Positions 1-14,419 of a DNA stretch of 64,000 nucleotides are shown in pieces (the stretch's first letter is position 1; each line of letters begins with the position of its first letter). Both the position numbers and the translations under genes were made by a program. This stretch comes from Glaucostegus cemiculus (Eukaryota). The notes below the pieces were generated by a model. The model had not been told where the DNA came from, did not search any database, and saw only the letters and a list, made by a program, of their open reading frames with translations. Location: positions 2,914,001 to 2,978,000 of the forward strand of contig CDPCPM010000238.1 of NCBI GenBank assembly GCA_976551045.1. The letters run 5' to 3'.

Positions 1-283
1 GACTAACGTATTAACTATTTTAAGTAGGTATCCTTGTCCGCAACCAATCATGATGTGAAAAACAAATACTGTAATGCCTGATTGATGCATGATCATTCCT
101 TGTAAGGTCATCGTTTGCACCTCTGAAAAAAGTATAAGAATGTATGTAAGCTGATGTACTTCACAGACCACTGGGTCCAGGACATGAGTGTCCGACCTGA
201 TGCTCTCTCCTTGGATCAAATAAAGGAAGAGGTTTGAAAGAGATTGTTGGTCTTTTGAGTTTTCTCTCCGACCGAGTTCGACA
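1..283 (+). mobile_element. 3' part of an LTR (truncated by the window edge)
   Basis: TATAAG at about 133, AATAAA at 219-224, ends in ...CGACA at 283, exactly where homology to 43081 begins; absent from the paralogous block. Confidence 0.6.
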
Positions 284-3200
284 CTTATTCTATCGATATC
301 TTTCGTCACCGGTGTTTGAAATGGTCGAACAGTTTATCATTGTAAGGCGCGTAAGACCGAGGTTCTTCATTCGTTGACATGACCAATTCACACTAAGACC
401 AAGGTGAGAAACAGCAACAAATACCTGATGGAAAGCCATTCCGAGCATAGGATGCTGATCGTAATGAAGAGAGAGCTTAGAGTTGAAACTGCAAGTTATT
501 CACAGTTTAATGATGAGGGTAATAGAGAGATTCAAGAGGTAGTGTGAGAAAACGTATACAATGTGCATCGAGGAAGCCTTGGCTGAGTGACTGCAGTCCT
601 GATGCTCCATTTTAGAGACCACAATGCAGCTCAATAAACTGGAACAAAACTGGGGTGATGCTGCTATTTCAAATATCTCCCAAAATCCCACAAAGCAAAA
701 GAGAAACAATGGGAGATTCATCTGAGCAAATATTTATTAACATGACACAGAAAGGAAGGCATTCGGATGATTACCATGTTGACATTTGTCTGACCTGGCA
801 GTTCACAAATCTTATCTGTTTCTAAAATGGGAGGACTGAGTGTACTTCAAAGCAACTTAGTTGGTGGTAAAATCGTGCTGCCGATCTAATGGTCGGTAGT
901 GTCGAAATTAAGCCCTCTTGTTTTGAAACGGCCATCAGCTTTCACCATTTCTGGGTTTCTATGTGCTCCCAACGAACAGAATCAAGGTTCTAATTACATC
1001 CCAATCGCCCTCCCATTTTGAGCAATTATGAGCCTTGACTTTCCACGAATCCGTGGGGATGTTACACTCTTTGTAAGAAGCTTTGTGACCATCATTGAAT
1101 TACATCTCCGGTCCGCTCAGATTTCTGAGTTGTGTGGCTCTTTCGAGTATGTAACACTTGTGTAACACAAGTCTTGTCTATTGGATCCGGCTGAACATAA
1201 TTGAGACCTCATTGTTGTTGAGTTTGGCTGGGAGACGATACCAACGTTGTTTAGCTTATTTGCGGAGGTAATTCTAGTGAGAGATAGCTTAGTTTAACAT
1301 TTCAGTTCCTTTGAGGTGTCTAATTCAGAAATCTGTCTGCGGCAGAGATCACTGTTTTCTGCCAAGACTGGGGTCTTGATCTTCAGATACCCCTTTTCTC
1401 GGAAGGGATAAAATTGACAGCAACTTTGGTATTTTTGTGCATGTATACATATTAATTGAGTAATTCTCCATTAAGTGTGGCTGTCCTCCAATAATCGACT
1501 CTTCGTTGTGTCCAGGAAAGGAGCAGGGACTTGGGCCAATTGCTGTGCGCTTACAAAGATAAGCCGGCTGGTAAAATGTGTGCCACATTTGAGCACATGT
1601 GCGGGATATATTCCTGTTGATTAATAGAAGGGATTGCTGTGTTAGCACCGAGGCGACAATTGAATAAGATTACAGATGCACTCTTAGTTTAAAATACGGT
1701 TTTAAATATTTCCGAGATACTCCCTGCATCTCTGAAGTTTCGTTAGAATAGATTTGTTCCATGTTAACCAATGCGGAAAAGCAAAGGAAAGCACAAAAAA
1801 ATGTGTCTTTTTAAGTGTTTAATTTACTTGGTTTTGTTTTCAAATGCTTAAATATTTTTGATAGTCTCATAAAAATCAGGATCTTTTAAAATGTCATGTG
1901 CAGTTCTAGCCAGATCTATGGCCTAATTGTGAATCTAGTTTTCTCTTCTGTAAGTGAGGCAATTTTACCCAGCTCGCGAGATAATCCTTTGTAATGTCAA
2001 GCCCTAAAGCCTGCCTGCCCTCATTGCAGAAAAAGATTCCAAATGTTTCCAACAAAGTTCCTATTGGCATAAATGTTTCAACTAAATTTTAATTTATTCT
2101 TTTGGTAAGGCCATCACCGAGCTGTGTTGGATTTCTACTGACTGGAAAACTAACGCTAATCAGTATGCAGAAGTGACTGGAAGCACTCAGAATTCCAGGC
2201 AGCAACGGCGGAGGGAGAAATCGTGTTACCACTTCAAGTCCACAATTTTTCACTGGGTCATGAATATCAATATTTAATATTTTTCTGACTCCCCATATGG
2301 ACCTGGGATTGCCAATGTTTTCTGCTTGAGTTTAGATTTCGAGCATCTGCAACGTTCTGTTTTCCATTAATTACCCTGTGAGCTAACTTGATAAGAGCTG
2401 AACATTGAGAGGCATGAACTTCCCCTCCTTCAGTCAAGACTTTAAAAATATTGTGAAAGGCTTAAGCCCAAAAGTATTTTCCCGACGGGCACCAATTGTC
2501 GCCTCAATCCAGTTTGACTACATGTTTCCTATTCCATTCACTCGGCTCATAATCGAACATGGACGAGTACAGAACAGGAACAGGACATTCGACCAAGCTG
2601 TCTGTGTCAAACATCATGTCAAATTAAATTAAATCTCTTCTACTTGCACATGATCCATATTCCATAATTCCCTGCATATTCGTGTGTCCATCCAAAAGCC
2701 TCTTAAGTGCACCATAGAATCTTCTTCTAAATTAATCTGCTTTAATGTCTAGGCAATTTCCCATTCCTGCCAGTAAATTACCTCTAATTGCCAGCGCTCT
2801 CATTATTTTTCGTGAATAGAAACCATGTAACAGCTTGTCACATGTTTTTAAGAGTCCGTATGAAGATCATCCACACCGGTTAAGTGCAAGGACAGGACTT
2901 TCAACTAACTCTCAAATATATTTTCCACCTCCTCTTAGTCTGCGAGACACCCCAAATCTCTGTTCTTTCAAGCATAAGTGCGACCACACGTCAAAGTCAC
3001 CAAATGACAATATAGTACTCTGTGACACCAGGCGGACATTATTTCATGTAATCTACGAGTTTTTATTGTTTTCGAAACAACACCATGACTCCTTTGTAAG
3101 ATGGTGTGCAATACAGTGGAAGATATTACCAAACTTCCGAGGGCTATCGTTATACGGATCAGCTGCAAATGGCCAGACGATTTTCTAAGAGGTCCTTTAT

Positions 3201-3583
3201 GTAAGCGATCACAAAGGAGCATATTTTCCTGACGTCGAATTTCCAATGTCTTTTAATGCGTAAAGTAAAATCTTCACCATTCAATGTTCTTAGAGAATAA
3301 CGAAAACATTAAAATCTGCCGGTTAGTTGTTATTAAGAACTTTGTTTCGTATATTTATTTACACAATGTACACGTCGCAGTATCAGGAAGTATAAACGTT
3401 GCAAAACAGCTTTAAAACATTTAATTGACAGAAGCAGGCCTTCAAATAATTTGTTTAAATTAAACTTCTTGTCCTCTTAAGCGCCAAATCTGATAACAGA
3501 AGTCGTCCGCAACTTAGATGTTTCAGACAGGCGCAATCTTTGACCACAGATTTTCCATGATGTAGCTAGCAGACTCGCGAGTG
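284..3583 (+). repeat. Segmental duplication, copy 1 (direct repeat of 43081-46388)
   Basis: Colinear matches throughout, e.g. 'cgcgtaagaccgaggtt' and 'gatcagctgcaaatggccagacgattttctaag'. Roughly 80-88% identity by eye. Confidence 0.93.
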
Positions 3584-5139
3584 AAATTCTATTTTCAAGC
3601 CGTGTATTACTTCCTGTTAGCTCGAGGTACAAATATATTGTTAGTGAAACAATAGATTAAAGAAAAACTCAATTTCGAACCATCTTTTTATAGAAAACTT
3701 GCAGGAACTCATACGCAAGCATTTATAGTTGTGAATTACAAATAGCAAGTTAAAATAGATGTGTTTCGAGAGTACATATAGTGTCAGCAGAATGGAACAA
3801 AACAGAAGCCGAAGGCATTTAAAATAGGCAGAGCAAATGGAAAAGCGAAGTACCCAAGTCCGCGCGCGTACACATATCTTTTTCCACATTGATTTAAAAA
3901 CTTGAATTTATATTCCACAGGTCTGGCGGTGAGGTTCGAACTCAGGTCTCCAGATGTACTATTCTGAGGAATTTCAGTGAATTGAAACGTTAATTCTGTT
4001 GCTCTCGCTGCACATGCTACCTTGACCTTCTGAATATTCCCAGCGTTCTACATTATATTTCAGCCATCCAGACCGTTAGTCTATTTATTTATCCATTTTA
4101 CAACGCCACTTAATATAGTATCTTCGAAGATTCAACTTTATTTACGGTTTCTTATCCCACGGAAATCAGTTAAGCTCCTAATCTCCACAGGTCTAAATGT
4201 TCCAGGAAATGAGTACGCCCTCTGGAAAAGATTTCATCTCGGTTATATTTTGCAGAATTCCCGCTTTATGAACGCCCGACCGGTCACACCCCCAGACGCA
4301 TTATTATATCAGTTCTATTTCTTGTATCATTTTCCTCTTTTGTCCTCATTATAAGCTAATATTCGTCGTGCACGCTGAAGTGTTCCTGTCATGATCTACA
4401 AAAAGGTTTGAATTTTCCGTTTTAGTGGAGAAGTGCTAAAGCACGAAGATATGAGGATAAGGTTATAAACTCGCGTTCTTCCGCAATCGAATTATACCAC
4501 ACAGGAGCATCGATATTTTCAGGACAAGTCTGGCGCAGTATTCCCAGGGAGCCCAGGTGAGCAGAGCAGGAATGTGGATTGGAGGTTGCGGGGGTGGGAG
4601 GTTGTCTGTTGATGGAGTCAGCTTGGTAACTGGCAGGGAGCAGTAAGGTACCTTTAATTCATGATACTCTGTGGACACAATAATTGTAGGCTGGCTCTAT
4701 CCCAATCTTTATTGCCGTAACTGGAAGGATGATTATATAGGCCGCCTGTTTTCAGAGTTTTAAGGCAATAACAACCATTAAAGATGGAAGATATGTGGTA
4801 ACTTGCAAATGTTTTTGGTTATGTTCGCATTGAGGCAATATCGATTTGGGATTTGAACTCTCAGAAGTCATGATGCAAGCTTCACAGCACGTACATGTCG
4901 CGTGGCTGCACCCAGGCCCTGGAACTTTGTCGTACAGCAAGAGGGCAAAGCAGACCTCTGTATTCTAATTCCTCTCAGTTGTTCTGGCCGCACTTGATAT
5001 TTTGAATAGATTTGAAAACTAAACCCTGCACGACTGCGCTGTTCGTCGTCTGAAGAGTTAACTTTATGCATAGTTGCTCACTTTGCTGTCAAGAGGACGA
5101 CAATTGGTACAGAAGGTTTTAGTTATAAGATGGAAAGGG

Positions 5140-5540
5140 AAAACATTTTTTGTTGGAGCTTGGGAGGCTGAGAGGTGACCAGTTAGAGACATGTAAGTTC
5201 ATGAGGGGCGTAGATAAAGTGGATGGTCTTTTCTCCCCTGGTAGGGTATTCTAAATGTCGAGGGCAGAGACTTAAGGTGAGAATGGAAAGTTTTAAAAGG
5301 GGCCGGGGGGGGGGGCAAAGTTTTAACACGGAATATTTTGCATATATGGAACGAGCTGCCAGAGGACGCTGTAGAGGCGGGTACAATTACAATGTAAAAA
5401 AAAAATGGACAGGCCCGTGGATAGAAAAGGTTTAGAGGGATATGAGGCAAACAAACAAAAGTGGGTCTAGCTCAGTTTGACATCTTGGTTGGCATGGGCC
5501 TGTTTCCGTTCCGTTAAAAATTTATGTCTCTATGATTCTC
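5140..5540 (+). mobile_element. CR1 LINE 3' fragment
   Basis: 'ggaggctgagaggtgacc...tatatggaacgagctgccagag...gggcctgtttccg' is the typical CR1 RT end plus 3' UTR. Confidence 0.75.
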
Positions 5541-7334
5541 TGTTCTAATCCATTTTGAGGGATATTAAATGGGAAAATGGACCATGACTAGTATTTATGG
5601 AATGATGTATTTCTGTTGCTGTTTCGGTGCCTGGAATTTCCTGTTCTACTTTGTAGCAGTGCAGGTGTAATTCACAATGAATGGTAGACGTCGAGCCTTG
5701 AATGCTTTGGAGAGACGTATTTTAATTAACTGATGACATTTTCACTTTAAAATGTTGAATAACATTTGAATAAATCATTGAGGGGAAAGTTATTACAAAC
5801 GGGTCTTGCGGAATATTGATCATATCCTAACAACTGGACTGTATTCTTTTGAATGTCGTTGTAACTGGTAGAAAACAGGTTTTGAATTTTCAGCCTGTGT
5901 AAAACTGGAAGTATTGTCCATGTTTCCTGCAGTAAAAGCAATTTATAGCCGATCCAATTATTAATTGGATCGGCTATAAATTCTGACAGATTATCCTACA
6001 TGTATCTAGGGTGAAAATAATCATATCACGTCCCACCATTGTACGTGCGTTAGAGACTTCACCAACTTTAACTGCAGCAATACATGACTATGTGCAATAC
6101 TTTTAAGTTGCCCTCATTAGTGATCCACACAACCGAATTGTTAATCCATTACCCACACATTGCGGAAAATAAAATTAGAATGCGTTCAACAATTATCAGT
6201 TTCAGACTTTAAAATAATCATGTTGGTGCCTGGATGCCGCTGATAATGCCAGAATTTTTCCCCATCAAATAATCCTGAGAAGCCTTGAGAAGGTGGTGGT
6301 GAGCTGCCTCCTTACAGCACAACACTCTTGCTGCTAAAAGTGGTACCAGAGTGATATTGGGAACGGCTTTCAGGATGTAGACTCAGCCAACATGTTCTAC
6401 GAGCTTGAGGGGACACTGTAGGGTGGTGGTGTTTCCATGCACCTGCTGATTTTGTGTCCGTTTAGTGGTAGAAGACGAGTGATTGGGGAGTGCTATTGGC
6501 CTTTCTGAGGTGTGTAACCAAAGTGCATTTTGTATTTGTTATTCACTGCAGCCACACTGCAACGTTGGTGGAGGGAATGAATATTTTGGGTGGTTAATGT
6601 TGTGGGATCCACAGGTTGTTATGTCATGGATGATGCCGAACCTCGTCGGAGTTTCCGGTCCTGCTTCGTGTCAGCTAAATGATGGCAAGGCCTTCGTGCG
6701 TCGGGAGTTGACTCATGTGCTGTGGGATAAACAAGCTCACCCTGCTCTCAGAGCCATGATATTTGGCTCGAATGCTAATTACTTGTTGTGCATTCTCTTC
6801 CATTTGCCAATTCATCACAATCACTCTGTACTCTCATATTTATGCGTTTCTCGCTATTTCAGTCTTTTTTATTTCAACCAGAACGAATAACCGCATATAT
6901 CACACATTTTCCTCCATCTGACTTCCTTTACAACAGGGCAGATGAAGGATATGTTAATATTCTAAGCATAAGTTACTTTATGATCTGGAGTATATTTCTG
7001 AAAGTATGCAAGCTTCTCAATGAATTTTCAAATTATGATGGTATACAAACATGAACATTAGATGCCGACAAAGACAGAATAGCTTCCTTCTGTATCGCAT
7101 GCTATCATTCTATGAAAATCAATTATGCTTTTCTTTGCTGAATGCAATATTTTTTCTATGATTCCACCGTCACATGACATGGTTCCACAGAATTTCCATA
7201 AACTCCTTTAGAAAACATAAAGGAACCCACGTTAAATAGAAGACAATACGCAGGCAAAATGGAATAAGCGGAGAAAATTAGTTCTCTCATTTTGATGTTA
7301 ATCGAAGTTATTTCCTAATGTAAGGCTTTTGAAG

Positions 7335-7910
7335 GTACAAATCCACAAGGTCCATATTGGATTAGATCATGTGATCCTTTAACCACTTTTGGAAGATTCT
7401 GGTTGCTCTTCAGTTATAATACACTCCTCCCCTCCTTAATGTACATATACCTCGGTTCTCCATTTGTTCGAAAATATTTTTATCTCGGTCTTCGTTATTA
7501 GTGATTTGCTGTGCTTTGAAGAAAAGAATTACAAACACTCACAAACTCTTGAGAATGAAACTTCTCCCCATCTTCGTCATATAAAGCTAAGCGTTTTCTT
7601 GATTATAAACCACATTCTGGCTAAGAGGATGTAGCCTTTCCACCATCTGCCCAGATATCTCTGTGGAATCTTATCGCTTTCTGTAAGATTATCTCTTCTT
7701 GGTTTTACTCCACTGACCTTAGACTCATGCCACACAATATCTTCTCGAAAGGCAGCTTAATCATCCGGAAATGAATCACATGAACTCAACGAAGTACTAC
7801 TTTCAGGACGAACTTTCTTACCTAAGAAGGTCAAAAATGTGTACCTCACTGCAGTTAGTCTAACCAAACCCCAAGGGAATCGCAGCATGATGTGCTTCAT
7901 TTTGCACACG
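7335..7910 (+). repeat. Duplicated block, homologous to 46528-47093
   Basis: Shared strings 'ggattagatcatgtga', 'aaggcagc(t/c)taatcatcc' and 'aaaaatgtgtacctcactg'. Confidence 0.85.
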
Positions 7911-8074
7911 TCCTCTATTGAAATAAAAGCCAGCGAACCATGTGTCTTTAGTTATATGCTGTATCCGCACGTTAAACCTTTGGGTTTGAACAACCAGGCC
8001 TTAATCCTTTCACGTATCACTAACCATCTCGACCGGTTTAACAAAATACTTTTCCTTATCTTGCAACCAAAATT

Positions 8075-8288
8075 GACCTCACAATCTACCTCGTTATGAC
8101 CTTGCACCTTATTGTCTACCTGCAATGCACTTTCTCTGCAGCTGTGACACTTTATTCTGCATTCTATTGTTTTACCTTGTTCTACCTCAGTGCACTGTGT
8201 AATGAATTGATCTGTACGAACTGTACGCAAGACTAGTTTTGCACTGTACCTCGGTACAAAGGACAACAGTAAACCAATTCCAATTCCA
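8075..8288 (+). mobile_element. LINE 3' UTR fragment (Rex1/Babar-like)
   Basis: 'ttttgcactgtacctcggtaca...aaaccaattccaattcc' tail. Confidence 0.5.
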
Positions 8289-8555
8289 AAACAGGCTCAC
8301 ATTTAATGTAACCTACTTTTACAAAATATCCTTCACTGTATAAAGCACTTTTCTTAAGTCACTGCATATCCATTAATTATCCGAAAATCTAAATCTCTGC
8401 TTTGAGTATACTCAATGACTGAGCATCCCCACCTCCACCCCCAACACACACACAGAAGCCAGAGGTAGACAATGACAAAGATTCACTGCTTTCTGTGTAA
8501 AGATATTTTTCCTCATCTCTGCCTTGAACAGCTGACCTCATAACTGGAAACTGTA

Positions 8556-9480
8556 ATTAGAAGGTTGGGTTAGTAAGTTTGCGGATGACACTAAGATCAG
8601 AGTGTTGTGGATAGTGTGGAGGGCTGTCGGAGCTTACAGAGGGATATTGATACGATGCAGAGCTGGGCAGACAAGTGGCAGATGGAGTTCAATCCGGAGA
8701 AGGGTGAGGTGGTACACTTTGGAAGGACAAGCTCCAGGGCAGAGTACAAGGTAAATGGCAGGGTACTGGGCAGTGTAGAGGAGCAGAGGGATCGGGGAGT
8801 TCATATCCACAGATCACTGAAAGTTGGCTCACAGGTGGATAGGACAGTTAAGAAGGCCTATGGGATGTTAGCTTTCATAAATCGTGGGATTGACTTTAAG
8901 AGCTGCGAAGTGATGATGCAGCTTTACAAAACTCTGGTTAAACCACACAAGAGTAATGTGTTCAGTTCTGATCGCCGCATTATAGGAAGGATGTGGAGGC
9001 GTTGGAGAGGGTGCAGAGGAGATTTACCAGGATGCTGCTTGGATTAGAGCGTATGGAATATGAGGAGAGGTTTAAGGTGCTAGGGCTTTACTCATTCGAG
9101 AGGAGGACGATGAGGAGAGACATGATAGAGGTGTGTAAAATATTGAGCAGAATAGATAGACAGGCAGCGCCTCTTTCCCAGGGCACCAATGCTCAAGACA
9201 AGAGGGCATGGGTTTAGGCTATGGGTGGGAAGTTCAGCGGAGATGTCAGAGAGAGGTTTTTCACCCAGAGAGTGTTTGGTGCATGGAATGCGCTGCCTGG
9301 GGTGGTGGTAGAGGCAGATACGTTGGACATGTTCAAGAGATTGTTGGATAGGCATATGGAGGAATGTGGGTAGAGGGATCTGTGGGAGGAAAGCGTTAGA
9401 TGGTGTTAGGTGTGGTTTGATGGACGGCACAACATGGTGGGCCGAAGGGCCTGTATTGTGCTGTACTGTTCTATATTCTA
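8556..9480 (+). mobile_element. 5'-truncated CR1 LINE (RT C-terminus plus 3' UTR), relatively young
   Basis: SKFADDTKI, WADKWQMEFNPEK, LYKTLVKPH and ALERVQRRFTRML, with frameshifts; tail ctgtactgttctatattcta. Confidence 0.93.
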
Positions 9481-10799
9481 ACTCTTCGTTTTAGATACTC
9501 CAGCTGTGGGAAATGTTACTTCTGCAAGTTCCCTTTCAAACTCACTTATATTTTTGTATGTGTCAAAGCATCTCCTCTCATTTATCTAAACTGAAGCCAG
9601 CAAAGGATAAATAAACAATCTTTCCTCAAAGAACAAGCTTTCTATCCTAGGAATCAATGTGGCGAACCTTCGCTGCATTCCCCAGTCCCAAGATTGGATC
9701 TGCCAACAGCGTTCCAAGTGCAGTCTCAGTATGACACCCTATAGTTGGAGCAAGACATCTCCACTCTTCTCCTCAAATACTGCCATTGCGATCATCATAA
9801 AGTTTTCCTTATTTAATGGTGGATTCTCATGTTAAATTACAACATTTCACATTTCAGGGTAGCCAGGTGCCTTTCAATCCTTCGTCATTGAACAAAAACA
9901 TTCCAACTTCCAGTTTTCTTTACCATAATGGGTAATATCGCATTTTCCCCATTAGGTTACATTCATCATTATTTCGTCAGTTCAGTTAGCCATTCCAGCG
10001 AAAAGTCTCAGCAACATCTTCACAGTCCGTCTTGCCAATTAGCTTTGTAGCATCAGTAAAGTGGAGAATCAACCTTATCCTTGCTGCCTTCATCCAAATG
10101 ATCGATACAGATTGTGAGCAACTGGAGCCCCAGTATCAATCCCAGGGGCACGCTGTTTGTTATAAGCTCCAAATCAAAAAAATGATCCTCTTGTTCTTAT
10201 TCTCTGCGAATCGGTACCTGTACAATATCCCCATTACTGTGCATTCTAATTTTATTTAATAAACTGTGTGACATCTTATCATAGACACACAAACTTATTC
10301 TGGAAGCCACAATCTTAGGAAATTCCAGCAGATTTGTGAAACGTGACTTCTTTTTCATAAATACGTTTTGACTCTGTTCTAATTTTCTGCAGAATGGAGT
10401 ATCTTTCACTTGCCTACAAAGAAAAGTAAAAGATGCCCGACTCTTTGAAACTGATGTTTAAACAATGGAAGGTAGAACCACCATTGTAAAGCTGATTCTG
10501 TTGCCTCCCGTTCGATATTCCATTGTCCAAAAACTGCTCGTCACTTCACAGTCAGTCTTCTCGTGATCCATTATACCTGTCGCATTTTGGAAGTTTAGGA
10601 ACGTAATATTTCTGGCGATTAAAACTCAATTCTGCTACCCGAGATATATTTCCCTTTCCTCCTCCTTCAGCATTTTCAGGAGACCATTTCCTTGGCGACT
10701 CCTTTGTTCGCTCTTATATCTCAATAGACTACATGCTTTGTCAAGCTACTTTCTCATGAATCCGCGATTCATTAAATACCTACTCTTTTTAGTTGTTCC

Positions 10800-11150
10800 G
10801 TTCCCATCAACCATCAACCAGGAACCCAAACAGCCCTTCTAAATGAAGTTACAGTTCACTTGAATTTCTTAATGTAATGTGCTGCATTTGGTTCTCAGAG
10901 TATGGTCAGCTCTGTCTTGGTGAAACTAAACTCAGACTGAGGGACCCTTTCCTAGAGAACCTACTTTAGTCTGCACTGTGACTCCCAACTTCCATTCGTC
11001 TTTTTCTTTAATGCTCCATTGTACTGCCATTCTGATCTACCTATTTGTGGCTTCTTGCGCTGTTATTACGACACCTAGTGAAAGTCTGAGGAACGGGACC
11101 TCATTTCTGATTTGCAGTATTACACACTCAATATTGAGTTCATCAACTTA
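10800..11150 (+). mobile_element. Penelope-like element, decayed GIY-YIG endonuclease fragment
   Basis: Degenerate 'cccaaacagcccttc...tgctgcatttgg...ggtgaaactaaactcagactg' resembling PKQSF…CIxC…GETKRRL. Confidence 0.65.
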
Positions 11151-11329
11151 GTTTACTCGCTTTCTCTAGCCAGTTCTGCTGTAGACATCTGGCTCTATGT
11201 TAGTTATGTGAAGTTCTGGACTGACTCTCCCTACTGCTGGCACAGCCTGACCTGTATTTCTCTGCCTCCTTGTCTGTCATAGGACATTACGAGAATTTCT
11301 TTTTAAAAACTTAATGGTGCTTCCTCTGT

Positions 11330-11900
11330 GGGTGCATGGAAAAGTGCTGTGAGAAGGGAAGTGGTTGGTGAAGATGGAAGAATGGATCAGAGAGTCAGAA
11401 TTTTGAAAGAGAATCCTAGGAAAAGGTGTGCCTGATGATGGAATCGTGTTGAAAGTGGCATAAATTGATCCGTTCAATCCAGAGGTTGGTGCACATAAGG
11501 TGACGGCCAAGAGTACCATAGCTTGCTACGGTTGAGAAGAGACTGAGTAACAGCAGCGGTGGTGTAAATGCATCAGATGTTTCCAAGCGTTCTCTCAGCT
11601 CCGCTAGAGGGAAAGTCACAGTTAAGGAAAACGACGACATTTCAGAATTACCTGTGTAGAAAATCTCCTCATCAGAACAGATACAACGGAGATGGAATCA
11701 ATGGGAGAATGGACTTAGTCCGCAAAGGAAGCAGAATAATCGAGATATCAGTTGGAATTTGTGGGCTTGTAATATACATCGGTCGCAAACTAAATGTTGA
11801 CATGGAGGCAAAAAAAAACCGCTGTAAGGGAAGCGTCTGAGATGAGCCATGTGCAAGCGAGAGCAAAGTTGCAATCGGTCGCATAGTTCATGAAATTTAC
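11330..11900 (-). mobile_element. Penelope-like element, decayed RT C-terminal fragment
   Basis: Minus-strand frames give degenerate YKPTDS, IPxS-LxL and MSSF..FP PLE motifs. Confidence 0.65.
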
Positions 11901-14419
11901 GAGTTATTTATAAGTTCAGGAAGCAGTTCCACAACAGTTGAGGGAAGTAACATGAGAAGGACTGAAGCAAAGACTGTTCCACGCATTCCATAAAGAGGCT
12001 GTCATTGCTACCAGGATCACCAGAGAAACCCTGATTTCACCCAATTTGAAATATCCCTTTTATCCATTCAGTCTTCTTCCATTTTCTGCATTGGAACACT
12101 AACTCGCACTCATGTGTGCACCATTCTGATAAAGTGCATTCGACCTGAAACGTTATCTTCTCTTCCTTTTATTTGGTGGTTCCTGAATATATAACGGAAT
12201 TTTCTGTTTCTTTTTATTTCAGCACCTTCCCACAGCTCCAGCCTCCCCCTGTTTGCTGAGACAAATACAACTCGTTTCTTCTGACCAAACACAATGAGGC
12301 CTGAGTGCTCTTAGATTGCAATGCTGATTATATGGCTGGCTTTTGTGGCCTCTCAGCATAGAGCTTCTCTGTTGTTTGTTTATGTGACCGTTCAAAAGCA
12401 ACCTCTTTCATTTGGAAAATAATAGGTTCTTTAGAAATAATTTGGGTGATATCGAGGGTGTTGCGAAGGAATGTCGGAGATGCCGAATTTGAAGAAGCAG
12501 TAATGAACACCAGAGTATGTGAGACAGTGAAACAGTGAGACGTGAGGAAAGTGCTGTTGGGTGCTATAAATGTTGAGGATTCAGAGGAGGAAGCAAAGAT
12601 GACAGAGCCTGGAAAGAGAAAAAGTGAAATTGGGGTAAGAGATAAAGTTGTGTTAGATTCAACAGAGGCAAGATATTGAAAGAGCAAAGAAAGTAATATT
12701 TCAAGGGCTTCCGGTGAAAAATAGTGTTTGCTGAATGAGGGATATTTCACATAAATGCTGCTTGAAAGAGTTTTTATTCTAATCTGGCCTGCTCCATAGA
12801 AAGGGCAGTGTGTCAATGACTACAAATTTTACTGTGATTACTGACCAAATTTATGACTTCAGGACCACATCTGGGATGTTGTCTAGCTACCCAGCATTTT
12901 CTGTGTGGACTGCCTGAGCTATTTCTTGATCTACTTTGTTTGGAAGAAGGATAGTGCATTCTCCATGCAGGATACACACGTTGCTGTTTTGTGTGAAAAA
13001 TGTGCCATGAAGTATATCGCATGTTCTGGATATTGTGGAGCTTCTGATGCATCTTTGGTGATTCGCTAATCCATCCACTATATTCCTGCTTTGAGGCTAG
13101 TAATCGTACAAATATTTTCGTGTGTCGGAGTGGGATACACAAACTCTTACCAGCCCACCTTACACTTCCGCTTTTCCTTACGATATGATGTCATTCTGCC
13201 CATCAAGTCGATGACAGCTCTGGAAATAATCGAATTCACCCCATTCCACCATTTATTTCCTTGCAATTCTCAGTCTCATATGGGCATCACTTGCATTCTA
13301 ATTCAATAAGAACTACACAAAGAGATAATTTACAGCAGCCAACTAACCAACTACAGCACATCTGGGATATGGGAAGAAACCAGACATCACAGTAGAAACA
13401 CTCAAAGTCTGTACGGTCAGCACTGGAGACCACGATGGAACCCACCGTTGTGGAAGTTTGATATTTCGGAGTCACAATATTTTTGTCAATTGCTTGTACT
13501 TGTTTAACGATCTCCAACGGCATTCGCTTGAAAATGTTTCATAAACATGTTGCAACAGCGACATCCTGGAGAATCATAAGCGGGGCAATAAAATGGAATA
13601 TCTACGTAAGTACTGTATAAAGGCCGCAAGAGCAGGGCAGAGTAAACTTATTCTGTGGCAACTGAATGTTCTAATCCTGAATACTCTCTGCCTGCTTGGA
13701 TGAAAGCAGTTCTCACGCTTAAGAGGTAGCACCCATGCCAATGCGGTCCAAATCTGAAACTGAGAGCTTGGTTTAGAATAAAGCTAACAACAAATACACG
13801 TTAAAAGGTAACCGTGGTAGATTGGGAAATTGCATCAAAAGGCGTGGCAATAAAACGCAATGGCGAACTTTGAAATAATTAGCACAAAATCCATTTGTAT
13901 TCACGTGGTCAAGACAATATAAAAAGTGGTATGGTCGTGGCTCTGAAGATAATTTAAAGGTAGTATTAGATTAGCGGAAAGATGGATAATTTTGTCAAAA
14001 AATTGGCAATGTCGAAGATTGGGGGGGGGGAGAACAGGGCAAAGTATGTCTTCAGTATTTTGGACTGTCAGCTACTGTGTGTCATTTGACTGCACTGGGA
14101 CTTCGGGTCGACTGAATGCTGCTGACAGGTGGAAATAATGTCTTCTGGTCTCTGCAGCTTAGAGGTTCTCCTTGTCCTGCAAAATTTTGGCAAGCAATTT
14201 TTTGCTTTTCTAAATCTAGTTGTTCTGTAGTTTAATTGAATAGATTACAGGATTTAAATAAAGGAAAGTGTATTTTATTGCATTAACAGTGTTAATCGTT
14301 TAGGATTAAATATGGCAATATTCCACAATACACTAGCAGGTCTCCTGCTTTGATTATGGACTTGAAAGAAATCACAAAACGTTGTCTTGTGTTTGCAAAA
14401 TATAACATAAGGGGTATAA

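Noticed and set aside
1349-3246. ORFs with similar counterparts at 44279-46041 suggesting conserved genes
   Set aside because: The similarity comes from the segmental duplication; indels break the frames between copies.
12328-12816. 162-aa minus-strand ORF
   Set aside because: Antisense of purine-rich, decayed repeat-like DNA; no recognisable domain or splice support.
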